A DNA stretch of 64,000 nucleotides, from the NCBI GenBank assembly GCA_051439505.1, contig JBFRWI010000160.1, positions 1-64,000 of the forward strand. Reading direction: 5' to 3'. Within the stretch, counting starts at the first letter, position 1, and the number at the start of each line of letters is the position of its first letter. Origin of the DNA: Hormoscilla sp. Its GTDB lineage: Bacteria > Cyanobacteriota > Cyanobacteriia > Cyanobacteriales > Desertifilaceae. The translations under genes and the position numbers were made by a program. Shown in pieces: positions 1 through 12,100 of the stretch. The notes under the pieces were generated by a model. It ran no database searches, was not told the origin of the DNA, and was given only the letters and a program-made list of their open reading frames with translations.

Positions 1-646
<646 letters not shown>

Positions 647-1118
647 AACGCGATCGCATAACCGTAGGGTGGGCACCGCCCACCATCCTCGGGAGGCGAT
701 CGCACCTCGGTCCCAATGCCCGATCGACCCGGGGGTTTTTTCATTCCATCTGCCGTAGCGCCGGGGCACGGCGGTAGTTATATTTGACAAAAGAACCGAT
801 AATCTGTTGATGCCGTGCCCCTACCAGTATATTCTGATGGCGCTCGGGCTTTGCGATCGCACCTCGGTCCCAATGCCCGAGCGCCCGATAATTCCCCCGA
901 ACCCCAAAGTTTCGTAGGGGCACGGCATCAAAGATATTTGCAAGTTATGGTCAATATTTATATCGCCGTGCCCCGACCCCACCCGTCCGCCCCCCGATCG
1001 CGCCCCGGAACCAAATGGGCGATCGGCCCATATTCCCGCAGGAGAAACCGGGTTTCTGGGACAATCTTGGCATCAATACCGATATTTAACAAAGAAACCC
1101 GGTTTCTGGCCCCAATCT
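647..1118. repeat. Intergenic mosaic of small repeats: GTAGGGTGGGC..GCCCACC hairpin (664-684), two GGGGCACGGC..GCCGTGCCCC elements (755-824, 914-974), AGAAACCGGGTTTCT pair
   Basis: Each motif is self-complementary and recurs elsewhere in the window. Confidence 0.85.
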
Positions 1119-1329
1119 TCAGGGCCACTGCCGCCCCACATCAACAATGGCACGGGCTATTTCACCGAGAGACTCAGTGCCGCCCAGCTCGATCATAACC
1201 GGCACTAACTCAACCAAATCTTCCAAAAAATCGCTGCGACGACGGGCAACCAAATTATGGAGCGTCTCTTGCCAGAGGGAGAAATTAGCAGGCACATGTT
1301 TTCGTGCCCGTGCTATTTCATTAAAGGCT

Positions 1330-2830
1330 TTTGCTCGGCAAGATAGTCTCTTAATATTCTGAGCAATATCGAGTGCAACCGGTAATAGATTTTCGCTTAT
1401 GTGGGGTGCTAGAGCACAGAGTGCTTCTGCTCGCCTATCCTCATGAGATATCGCCTTAACAGCATCGAGTGTTTCTGGTAAGATTTCTGGAGCATGGGGC
1501 ACTAGAGCACTGAGGGGTTCTGCTCGGACATGCTTAGATCGAATCGCCCGAGCAATATCGAGTGCAATGGGTAAGAGATTTTCGGTCATGTGAGGTGCTA
1601 GAGCACAGAGTAATTCCGCTCGGTTCTCCTGATATTGAGTTACCCGAATAGTATCGAGTGCTTCTGGTAAGACTTCTGGAAAGTGGGGCACTAGAGCACT
1701 GAGAGCTTTTGCTCGGGAATAATCATCTCGTATCGCCCGAACCGTAGAGAGTGCTTCTGGTAAGAGATCTTCGCTCATGCGGGCTGCTAGAGCACTGGGG
1801 GCTTTTGCTCGGGCTTTCTCATCTTGTATCGCCCGAGCAGTATCGAGTGCTTCTGGTAAGAGATTTTCCCGATCGTAGGCTGCCAGAGCACTGAGGGCTT
1901 TTGCTCGGGCTTTCTTATCTTGTATCGCCCGAACTGTAGAGAGTGCTTCTGCTAAGAGATTTTTTGGCAGGTGGGCTGCCAGGCCACTAAGGGCATCATC
2001 TCGGGCTTCCTCATATTTTATCCCCCAAACTGTAAAGAGTGCTTTTGGTAAGAGCTGTTTGGGCAGGCGGGCTGCCAGAGCACTGAGGGCTTTTGCTCGG
2101 ACTCTCTCATTGTCTATCGCCCGAACTGTAGAGAGTGCTTTTGGTAAGAGATGTTCGGGCAGGTGGGCTGCCAGATCTCTGAGGGCTTCTACGAGGCTCT
2201 CGGAATCTTGTATAGCCCGAGCAGTATCGAGTGCTTCTGGTAAGAGATGTTCGGGCAGGTGGGCTGCTAGAGCACTGAGGGCATCTGCGAGGTCCTGCTC
2301 AAATATTATCTCCTGAGCAGTCTTGAAGATAGATGGTCGGCTATACTCATTTTGAACTGTAGAGAGTGCTTCTGGTAAGAGATGTTCGGGCAGGTGGGCT
2401 GCTAGAGCACTGAGGGCTCTAGCTCGGCTATACTCATTTTGTATAGCCCGAGCTGTAGAGAGTGCTTCTGGTAAAAGATGTTCGGGCAGGTGGGCTGCTA
2501 GAGCACTGAGGGCTTCTGCTCGGCATAACTCATGTTGTATCGCCCGAGCAGTATCGAATGCTTCTGGTAAGAGATGTTCGGGCAGGTGGGCTGCTAGAGC
2601 ACTGAGGGCTCTAGCTCGGCAATCCTCATCTTGTATCGCCCGAGCTGTAGAGAGTGCTTCTGGTAGGATTTCTGGCAAGTTGGCTGCTAGAGCACTGAGG
2701 GCTCTAGCTCGGCGATCCTCATCTTGTATCGCCCGAGCAGTATCGAGTGCTTCTTGTAAGATATTTTCTGACAAGTGGGCTGCTAATTTTCCCAAAGCGT
2801 TTGCCCGATCGCTCAGATTTTGAACTTGCC
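1330..2830 (-). repeat. ~96-bp (32-aa) tandem helical repeat array (LLPEALxTARAIQxExxRAxALSALAAHLPEH)
   Basis: AGGTGGGCTGCTAGAGCACTGAGGGC recurs at 96-bp spacing (2392, 2488, 2584). Confidence 0.9.
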
Positions 2831-4736
2831 GCGCATAAGACAGTCCCTGAGCTGGAGTCCACACCCCTTTGGACACCAACGCCGCCATCAGTTCAGCAGG
2901 TATATTACCCACCAAACTATTGAGAGAACTAATTATCAGTGCATAGCGGCATTGCAGAGCGATCGCCCGACTGGGATCCGACTCAAAAGTGGCTTCTGCT
3001 AGCTCCCAAGCCCTCGTCACGTCCCGAACAAAAATGTCTCGCTGCCCCAGGCGATCGCAGGCTTCATACCACCCATTTCGTCCTTTATCCGTCTCCTCTT
3101 GCAAAAGTTGATGCAGTTCGTCAACCCTGCCAGCCTGCACCAAATGCCAACTCAGATGAGCGTGAATATAGCCATCATCGAGAAGCGTATGCCACAAACC
3201 CTTTTCAGTTTTGGCCCGATAGCGCTCCCGCAACAGGGCGTGAGTTAAGGGCAGGGTCAAACCCAAATCCGGAAACCTATCATTGCTCTGTGACCCAGTC
3301 CCAGTCAACAAGCCACGGGCAAGATCGTGCAGCAAATCGTGTAATCTGTAAGTAGGGGTACCGTCAGCCAAAGGACTGCCAGATAAAAGCAAAGCCTTAG
3401 ACTTAAAATCCCGTAGAGTTTTGCTCCCCACCGCAGCATCTAGCTGCCAAACAGTCATCATCAAAGCCGGCGTCAGGGAAACACCGGAGGGCAAAACCCC
3501 CAGCCACGCAAACCATTCCAGTTCCTGTGGTTTGAGACGTCGCAAGCTGAGATTAAAGGAAGCCAGCAAACTATAGTGCTTGCGGACCGACTCCGACTCT
3601 ATGGTATCGGCACCTGGTAAATCTAAAGCTTCCAGATAGGCAATTTCCCGGTTCAGGTCCGCAAGTAACTCCCTCCAAGAAACCCCGTAATGATATACTT
3701 GCATAGCAGCCAACTCCAAAGCCAAAGGCAAATAGCCAACAGTTGCCGCCAAACTCCTCGCCAGGGGCACGTCCGCATCAGTCAGGTTATCCTGAATAGA
3801 AAGCCTTAATAACTCCAGGGCCTGGTCGGGCGTCATCACGTCCAAGTCATAGCAAGTCATAGCAGTTGGCACCCCGGATGGGGGCTTCGCGAGTAGTCAC
3901 CAAAACACGACAGCCAGCACTGCCAACACGGAAGAACTCAAAATGTTCCGGACTCCAAACATCATCAACTACCAGTATAGCCCGCTTCTCTATCAGTAAA
4001 GTCCGCAGGTGCAAAGAAGCAGCTTGGGGGGTAGTCGGCTTGAAGTCAAAGTCTCTCAACTCCAGTATCCAACTGCTGAGCAAAGAGAGCAAGTCCGGCT
4101 GCTGACCTAAAGTAGCCCAGAAAACCCCATCAGGGAAAAAGTTCTGAATATCCCGGTCCCTCGCCAGGGCCGCCGCCAAAGTAGATTTACCAATGCCCCC
4201 CAAACCGTAGATAGCGCTGACCACCAAAACACCAGTCTGGGTTGTGTCTTGAGAAAAAAGGCTTTCTTTGAGTTGGAGAGAGACCTCCGGGCGCGGGACG
4301 AAATTGGGGGGAAGGGGCGGTGCCAGAAACGGAACCCCAGGTTTGAGACCAGTAGCCTTATCCTGCTTAGTAGGGGCTGTAGTGGTAGGTTCTTGCTGCT
4401 TGAAGCGTTTAAAATGCTCCTCTTCCCACTTCTTGTTAAACTCCGCGAGATTGTAAGCTACGTCATCTATTGACCACAGCTTCAAGTCAAAATCCCACTC
4501 TTCTTTCCCTCGTTGCTGAGTGCGCTTATCTACCAAAATATCGAGAAAATCCTTCATGTGGTGATTGAGGGCTTCTCGAATTTGATCCGTAGTCAGCTGA
4601 CCCTCATAACAATCCTTAGCAGTCAGATCTTCCAAGGAGCTGAGGGTAGTCTTAACCACCAGTCTGGCGGAAGATGAGCTGTCCCAATTACATGTAGTAC
4701 CAGGATGAGAGCGACCTTCCAGTTGGTCTAACTCAA

Positions 4737-4888
4737 GGGTGTGGTCATGCATTTGTTGGAAAGGATCCCCCCCAAACCCCCCCAACCGAGGCGGGGGGGC
4801 CTCCGAAAACCCCCCTTTTTAAGGGGGGTTTGGGGGGATCCGGCGACTGGGGTGGCCCATGAACGATCAACGGGTTTTGACCACACCC
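4737..4888. mobile_element. MITE (152 bp), TIR GGGTGTGGTCA, 9-bp TSD CTAACTCAA, carrying an internal GATC-bounded C/G-tract palindrome
   Basis: TSD copies at 4728-4736 and 4889-4897; perfect 11-bp TIRs; interrupts the NB-ARC gene. Confidence 0.92.
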
Positions 4889-5133
4889 CTAACTCAAGGC
4901 CCAGCAAAGCCTTAAGCAGACGACTCGCCCTTTCTTTCACTTTCGGTCCATAGGAAATTTTTGGCATAAGCTCAAACCAACAAGCTCAACAAGTTTAGGG
5001 TTGGGGGTTGGGGGGCCCCCCAAACTTAAAAGTCCCCCAAACCACTCTAGCCTATATTATGACAGCTTTTCTCAGTAAGTGTCGGTCTGCGATAGTCCCC
5101 TAGTTCCCAGTGTGCCATCTCACTTTTGTAATT

Positions 5134-5186
5134 AAGCCCGCCTGCGCGGGCTTTTTTCTTGTAGCCGGACCCTTTAGGGTTCGGGC
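5134..5186. repeat. Dispersed double-hairpin repeat AGCCCGCC(T/A)GCGCGGGCT..GTAGCCGGACCCTTTAGGGTTCGGG
   Basis: Other copies at ~60728-60779 (inverted) and ~63088-63138. Confidence 0.85.
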
Positions 5187-5488
5187 AGCAATGCAAATAT
5201 GCAGTGTACCCGTTTCCTTCGCTGTCGCGCCGGGGCACAAAGCAGTTACATCTTACATCTTCACCGATAATCTGTTGATGCCGTACACCTACCGATATAT
5301 TGCGATCGCGATCGCGCCCCGGACGTAATGGGCGATCGCACCTTTATTCCCCCCGAATTACCCGCAGGCGATCGCGCCGACTTTCAAGTAAGATGCATCG
5401 GCTATAAACTGGTATAAATCCAAATAAAAAGGTTCCCAGATGAGAGGATTATATGTTAAACTAAAAGAGTTGTAATTGCAGTCAGTAT

Positions 5489-6361
5489 ATGAAGACGGAT
5501 AAATTATATTATGAAGTTTTTCAGGAGTTTCCGGACATCTTTTTTAGACTGATCGGAAAAAGCCAGATAAATGCTCGGGCCTATGAATTTAAGGCGATCG
5601 AGCTCAAGGAGACGGCCTTAAGGTTGGATGGAGTCATGCTGCGGGTAGCGAAAGATCTCAAAGAACCGATTTATTTCATTGAAGTGCAAAGCTACAAAAA
5701 TGACGACATCTACCCGAATATTTTGAGGAAGATAAGCACGTACCTGGAGCAAAATGATGCAGAACAGAATTGGTTTGGGGTAGTGATCTATGAACGGCGC
5801 AGTTTAGAACCGGAGAACGCGAAATCATATAAATGGTTGTTAAATACCGGTAAAATCCTGCGGATCTACCTAGATGAAGTCGATCTAGCAGCGCAACGAA
5901 ATCTGGGAATTGGCCTAGTCAAGCTGATCGTCGAAAAGGAAAAAAATGCCGTATCCCTTGCCAAACAGCTCATTGCTCAAACACGGTCAGAATCGACGGA
6001 TGACGAACAGACCTCAAAGATGCTAGAATTGATTGAAACGATCGTCGTGTACAAGTTTGCAGATAAAAGCCGAGAGGAGTTGCAAGCCATGTTAGGACTA
6101 GAAGACATCAAAGAAACAAAGTTGGGAAAAGAATTGTTGGCAGAAGGTTGGCAAAAAGGTCGGCAAGAAGGCCGGCAAGAAGGTCGGCAAGAAGGTTGGC
6201 AAGAAGGGGAACAACTTGGCCGCTTAAAAGGTAAGTTAGAAGTGGTGCCCGTGATGCTAAACCGAGGTTTTACTTTCGAGGAGGTAGCTGAACTCTTGAA
6301 ATTAGAGTTGGACCAGGTTCGGCAGGTAACTGAACCAGAAAAACCATCACAGTCCCTCTAA
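5489..6361 (+). CDS. Rpn family recombination-promoting nuclease / DUF2887 protein (PD-(D/E)xK-like)
   Basis: MKTDKLYY start; RLDG and FIEVQ nuclease motifs; EGRQEG tail. Confidence 0.9.
   Translation: MKTDKLYYEVFQEFPDIFFRLIGKSQINARAYEFKAIELKETALRLDGVMLRVAKDLKEPIYFIEVQSYKNDDIYPNILRKISTYLEQNDAEQNWFGVVIYERRSLEPENAKSYKWLLNTGKILRIYLDEVDLAAQRNLGIGLVKLIVEKEKNAVSLAKQLIAQTRSESTDDEQTSKMLELIETIVVYKFADKSREELQAMLGLEDIKETKLGKELLAEGWQKGRQEGRQEGRQEGWQEGEQLGRLKGKLEVVPVMLNRGFTFEEVAELLKLELDQVRQVTEPEKPSQSL
6089..6361 (+). CDS. Putative internally initiated RpnS-like protein (90 aa)
   Basis: GAGGAG (6074-6079), 9-nt spacer, in-frame ATG at 6089. Confidence 0.5.
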   Translation: MLGLEDIKETKLGKELLAEGWQKGRQEGRQEGRQEGWQEGEQLGRLKGKLEVVPVMLNRGFTFEEVAELLKLELDQVRQVTEPEKPSQSL

Positions 6362-6729
6362 GGCGATCACCCCATTCTGTGCGACCAAGAAACCGGGTTT
6401 ATACTAGATCTTGGGCCAGGAAAACCCAGATAAACCACCAATAACCCGGTTTCTGGCTCCTGGCCCGATCGCCCATTAAACCGGTCATCACTTCCGGGGG
6501 CGATCGATCCGGGGGTTTCTTCATTCTATCTGCCCTAGCGCCGGGCACAAAGTAGTATTATTTGACAAAAGAACCGATAATCTGTTGATGCCCTGCCCCT
6601 ACCGATATGGCGATCGCGCCCCGGAACGTAATGGGACAATATTGGCATCAATACCGATATGTGACAAAGAAACCCGGTTTCTTGCCCCAATCTTCAGGGC
6701 CACTGCCGCCCCACATCAACAATGGCACT

Positions 6730-7548
6730 CAATACTGGAACGTTTATATTTAACAAACAAAGCATTTCAATCCCTCAGTTTTCTTCAATTACCTCTTCCA
6801 AGGGGCTGAGTATAATTGCTCCCCCTCTTCGATAATTGAAGTAGAAAATTGTGCTGCTGCTTCGGCATATTCTACCAAATCGCCTGCGGAACTGAGGCTG
6901 CGATCGTGTCTAGTCACAATTCCATGCTTGCTCCAGATAATAGCACGATGGTTTCCGCAACCCCTCGATCGCGTTGGAGGCTTGCTCTGGCGAACTAGGC
7001 ACGCAAAAGGGAATCACACCAATGCCTTCAGGAAAACTGACGATAGTTTCCGCTTGCCAGCGCAGTAAGCGGCGGTTAAAGGCCACGGTGTCGGCGTAGC
7101 GATCGATATGGCTCAGATAAGTGAGGTGGACTGGTTGGGCGTGAAGAAGGGCGTGATGCTTGAGCGATCGCCCGGCCACGTGATCGTTATGTACCCCCAG
7201 ATGGGAGTTCCATTCGCTAGTCGGTGCGATCTCCGCATCGGCGGCGTACAGGGATGCTGTTTCGCCGCCCGAATTAATCTGAAGCAGGCAAATCACCAGT
7301 TCTGGGTGATTTGTGATGTCCCGCTCTCGACGCCCCGAACCGGTGATAATAACCCAGCCACCAGAGAGTGCGGGTGCTGGGAGGGGGAGAGAAATTTCGC
7401 CGCGATCGCGCCATCGACTGTCGATGTCTGGCAGTTCCCGAACGAAAACTGAAAAATTGCCCGCAGTTCCCTCAGTTGCATTGATTTGGGACATCCGCTG
7501 CCCCACATCGCTCATTTCCCAGATAATCTCTTTGAGACTTTTCAACAT
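6730..7548 (-). pseudogene. Class II aldolase/adducin family (rhamnulose-1-phosphate aldolase-like), frameshifted
   Basis: AGNFS, PTSEWNSH and LLHAQP motifs; after a shift near 6950 another frame reads NHRAIIWSKHGIVT..DLVEYAEAAA; 3' boundary approximate. Confidence 0.8.
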
Positions 7549-7912
7549 TCAACTCCAGTAACTCTGCAAGCAATATAGCATATTTCACCCTCGTGAGGTA
7601 CACCTCTCACGGGTGTGGTCATGCATTTTGGGTCACAGATCACCTAGTGCCGCTGCGCGGAATTATCTCATTGCTAAAGTTAAATCTGTCGGCACTTTTC
7701 AAGTCCTCTATAAATGTTTTTAGCGTTTGGGTAATGGTTGCAGTCATAAGCAATTAAAACTTGAGGTAAAATAGCCGATAGAGCGTGGGATTGTTGGGTT
7801 TCGGGCCTCAAGCAAACATACGGCTGCCGATCGTGCTATTGTTAGGTTTCGTGCCCCACCTACAACTGTATATTCTCCATTTTAAATTCACAATTTTCAA
7901 TTTTCCATTCAT

Positions 7913-9190
7913 TTAAAGTTCGCTTTTCTCTTTGGGCTCAAATTTAATTGGCAACTCAATCTGAAATTCTGCACCCCTTTCCGGTGAGGATACACAGTTA
8001 ATCGTGCCGCCATGTTGTTCGACAATAATTTGATAGCTAATAAACAATCCCAGTCCCCTACCTTTGCCCACAGTTTTGCTCGTGAAAAAGGGGTCAAAAA
8101 TATTTTCTTTCATTGACTCGGCAATCCCCGGACCATTATCGGCTATGGTAACTAAAACTCGCTCCTCTTTCAAAGATTTAGTCCGAATGTGAATGGTGGG
8201 AATATTTGCTTGCTTTTCCTTATCTGGAACGGACTCGAAAGCATCGATCGCATTCTCCAAGATCTGCAAAAACACCTGATTAAGTTCTTTGGCATAGCAT
8301 TCCACCTGGGGGAGTTTGCCGTATTCCTTAATCACTTTTACTATGTCCTGTCCCTCTGGGTGCAATCTATGCTGCAACATTAATAATGTGCTATCAATTC
8401 CTTGGTGGATATTAACATACTTTAGTCCTTCTTCATCCAAGCGCGAGAAATTACGTAGAGAAAGTACCACCTCCCGGATGCGATCGCTCCCTGATTTCAT
8501 CGAAGTCAGAATTTTGGGCACGTCCTCCATCAGAAATTCCGGTTCTATCTCTTCTAATTTTTCCTGAAGCTGGTCACTAGGATGAGGCAACTCTTGCTGA
8601 TAGAGGTGCAGCAATTCGATTAAATCCTGAATTGATATTTGCAACTGGTCTATGTTACTATGAATAAAGGAAACTGGATTGTTGATTTCGTGAGCTATTC
8701 CCGCTACCATTTGCCCCAAACTGGACATTTTTTCACTTTGAATCAGTTGTCCCTGGGTTTTCTTCAGTTCCGACAAGGTGTGCTGCACCCGCTGATTAGT
8801 TTGAGACAATTTGTGCGTCAAATTCTGGATCCGTAACCCGGCACGCACTCGTGCCAAAAGTTCTTTAATTTCCACGGGTTTGGAGAGAAAGTCATCGGCC
8901 CCTGAGTCTAACGCCTCCACCAGATCTTCTACCTGTTCCCGGGCCGTTAGTAAAATAAAAAAAGTGGTGGCTAGATCGGGGTCAACTTTCATCTGCTGGC
9001 AGACAGTCAACCCATCCATCTCAGGCATCATCCAGTCGCAGATCATCAAGTCGGGATGCAATTTCCGTGCCATTAACAGCGCTGCTTCCCCATCGTCAGC
9101 CGTGCTAACCTCGTGCCCTTCGCATTCTAAGGCATCTTGTAAAATCATCTGGGTGGTGATGTCGTCATCAACAAGCAGAATAGTAGCCAT
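7913..9190 (-). CDS. Hybrid response regulator-histidine kinase (REC-HisKA-HATPase)
   Basis: ILLVDDD..CDWMMP receiver; [21 protein letters not shown]-box; N, G1, F and G2 boxes. Confidence 0.95.
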   Translation of the reverse strand: MATILLVDDDITTQMILQDALECEGHEVSTADDGEAALLMARKLHPDLMICDWMMPEMDGLTVCQQMKVDPDLATTFFILLTAREQVEDLVEALDSGADDFLSKPVEIKELLARVRAGLRIQNLTHKLSQTNQRVQHTLSELKKTQGQLIQSEKMSSLGQMVAGIAHEINNPVSFIHSNIDQLQISIQDLIELLHLYQQELPHPSDQLQEKLEEIEPEFLMEDVPKILTSMKSGSDRIREVVLSLRNFSRLDEEGLKYVNIHQGIDSTLLMLQHRLHPEGQDIVKVIKEYGKLPQVECYAKELNQVFLQILENAIDAFESVPDKEKQANIPTIHIRTKSLKEERVLVTIADNGPGIAESMKENIFDPFFTSKTVGKGRGLGLFISYQIIVEQHGGTINCVSSPERGAEFQIELPIKFEPKEKSEL

Positions 9191-9193
9191 AAG

Positions 9194-12100
9194 TTATTTT
9201 TGGAAATGGTCTTGGATAAAGGTGCGGACTAGATCGAGTTCTGCTTCCATTGAAGCAAACAGTTCCTGACTATTGGCAAGGGTATTTTCACGGGCTAGGG
9301 TTTCTATTTGGGCCGCGATCGCCCGGACTTCACTGGCACCCACATTGGCACTTGACCCCTTCAGCCGATGGGCATAGGATTGGATCTGATCGAAGTCAGA
9401 ATGGGCGATCGCCTCCCCGAGTGCGGCTATATCTACTTCAGCTTTTTCCATAAACACCCTTAAAAGTCGCTGTTGAAATTCTACTCTCCCCTTGGAGATG
9501 GAATTCAGGCGCTTGAGATCCAACGGTGGATTATCATTATCAATAGAACTTCGCTCTGGTTGTGAGATATCAGACCTTTTCACAACCTCCGACCCGACCT
9601 CATTTTCTATCTTACCACGCCGCGACTCAGTCCAACGATTCAAAAGAATTTCTAAATCTTCCTGTTCCACTGGCTTACTAATATAGTCGTCCATTCCTGC
9701 CGCCAGACATTTTTCCCGGTCCGCAGGCATGGCATGGGCAGTCAGGGCAATGACGATCGTATGGCGTCCGGACCCTGCTTCCATCTGTCGCAGTTCCTGG
9801 GTGGTCAGGTAGCCATCCTTGACGGGCATTTGACAGTCCATAAACACGAGATCGTAGTCTTTCTGTTGCAGCAAGTCCAGCGCTTCCTGACCGTTACCAG
9901 CCAAGTCCGCTTCATAACCGATTATACTCAATTGATTGAGCATCACCTCTTGGTTAATCGGGTGATCCTCTACTAGCAGGATTTTCAGACCCTCTAGGGG
10001 TTGATGAGTAGTAGTTTCTTGCTGGGGGGGGGTTGATGAGTATCGCCTACTTTCCAAGACCGTTTCAATTTCATTGGCCATTGCCGTGATGAGAGTATCA
10101 AACAAACGTGACGGTCTCACGGGTTTGACCAACTGGGAACTGACCCTGATGTTCGTTAGTCGATCCGGGCGATCGCGTTGATTCATGGGCGTCATCACCA
10201 CCAGTTTAGTTTGCGGAATCTCAGAGTTAACGATCTGTGCTAATTCATTTAATAATTGCTCGTCAAACAGGGCCACATCGTAAGGATCGCTTTCAGTCGC
10301 CGCCTGACGCAAATGCTTCAAAGCAGCTTTACCATCTGCCACTTCGTCCAAGCGCATTCCCCAGGCATCGGTGAGATAACGAAGTGACTGGCGCACTGTA
10401 GCCGAAGAATCCGCAACTAATAGCTTCAGGTCTGTTAATACTTCCCGGCGACTAGGCTTGCGAGTTGTCGATCGAGCAAATTTGGCCGTGAACCAGAAAG
10501 TTGACCCCCGTCCAACAGCACTTTCCACTCCAATAGTACCGCCCATTAACTCTACTAACTGCTTGCAAATTGCTAGCCCCAATCCCGTACCGCCGTACTG
10601 CCGCGTCGTAGAAGCATCTACTTGGGAAAAAGATTGGAACAACTTTTCCCGTGCCTCAGTCGGAATGCCAATCCCCGTATCGGTAACTTCAAAGCAGATT
10701 TTGTTCGGAGTTCGGCGTCGGCGATCGGGCAATTTCACTCGCACCACCACCGAACCCTTGTCAGTAAATTTAATTGCATTGCCCATCAAATTGACTAACA
10801 CCTGCCTGAGTCTGCCCGGGTCTCCCTGCAATTGCCGGGGCACATTGGGGTCAACTAACAGTCCCAGTTCCAGTCCCTTTTCCTCAACTTGGGTCGCCAG
10901 CAAGTCGATCGCCGTTTCCAGACAATCATATAGGTCAAAGTCCAAGCGTTCCAACTCCATCTCCCCTGCTTCCAACTTGGAAAAGTCGAGGATATCATTG
11001 ATAATTAACAGCAGATGCTGGGCACTGGTGTGGATAGCGTTGATAAAGTCTTGTTGCTTGCGAGTGAGTTCGGTTTTGGACAGCAACCCCGCCATTCCCA
11101 AAACCCCGTTCATCGGTGTACGGATCTCGTGACTCATATTTGCCAGGAATTGAGACTTGAGGCGGGCATTTTCTAAGGCAGCTTCCCGGGCCTGCACCAG
11201 TTCGTCAATCTTGTTCGTCGCGATCGCCACCCCGCCAATTTTGCCTCGTTCCGCATACCAAGGATGAATTTCCCAGCTAATATATCCTACCGTTCCGTCT
11301 CGATACTCGATCGGATCTTCCGAACTGGAGATCACTTCGCCAGTGAGGGCCCGTTGATGCACTTCTATCCAGCGATCGGGTTGCTTGAGAAACACTTCGT
11401 AGTGACTCCGACCCAGTAATTCTCCCTGTAACTGATAATCTTCCAACCACTTCTTGCTATAGGCAATGTAGCACATTTGGTTATCCAGCATGGCGATCGC
11501 CACGGGCGCATTAGCAATTATTTCTCGCAGTTGCTGGTATTCTCGCTCCTTCGCCGCCTCCGCCTGCTTGCGATCGGTGATATCCCGAGCTACACTGTAG
11601 AACAAACCTTCTGTTGCTATAGCCCTGGCCATCCAAGCTAGCCATTTATAGTCACCATCTTTACTTCGGAAGCGATTTTCAAATTCAGTAGTTTGACAAC
11701 CCGCCAATATTCTGTCTACCTCCGCTTTACTGGCAGCTTTGTCTTCCGGATGAATAAACTCTATCCAGGGGGTGGCCAGGAATTCCGAGATGCTATAGCC
11801 CAGTATTTTCTCCACTGCTGGGTTCACCCGCTTCAAGTAGCCATTGGAACCCCCGATCGCCAGCATATCCATTGACAAGTCGAAGAAACGATTTAGTTCT
11901 GCTTCTGCCTGCTTGCGTTCGGTGATATCTTCAATTACTCCAATGGCATACTTTCCTGTTGATTGCTCTTGCTTTTCGGACTCCTTTTCTACCGATGCCA
12001 GGGATACAGTTAAGTTCGCCCAAACTATGTCTCCCTGCTTGCGAATATAGCGTTTTTCTCTTGAATATGTGGTGATTTTTGCCGCCAATAGCTGGCTAAA

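Larger units (their letters stand above)
1119..4967 (-). pseudogene. NLR-like STAND protein: N-terminal domain, NB-ARC (GLGGIGKS, LVVDDVW), APAF-1-like helical region, 32-aa helical repeats; split into three ORFs
   Basis: ORFs 4728..4967, 3847..4785 and 1119..3872 join into one 1225-aa frame after removing the MITE at 4737-4888 plus one 9-bp duplication and one copy of the 10-bp duplication at 3843-3862. Confidence 0.9.

Noticed and set aside
741..1198. Short ORFs over repeat mosaics (also 29473-29861, 33359-33580, 61866-62078)
   Set aside because: Largely translations of dispersed repeats
5489..6361. Rpn as an IS transposase forming a composite transposon
   Set aside because: No terminal inverted repeats or TSDs around the genes; PD-(D/E)xK-like rather than DDE motifs
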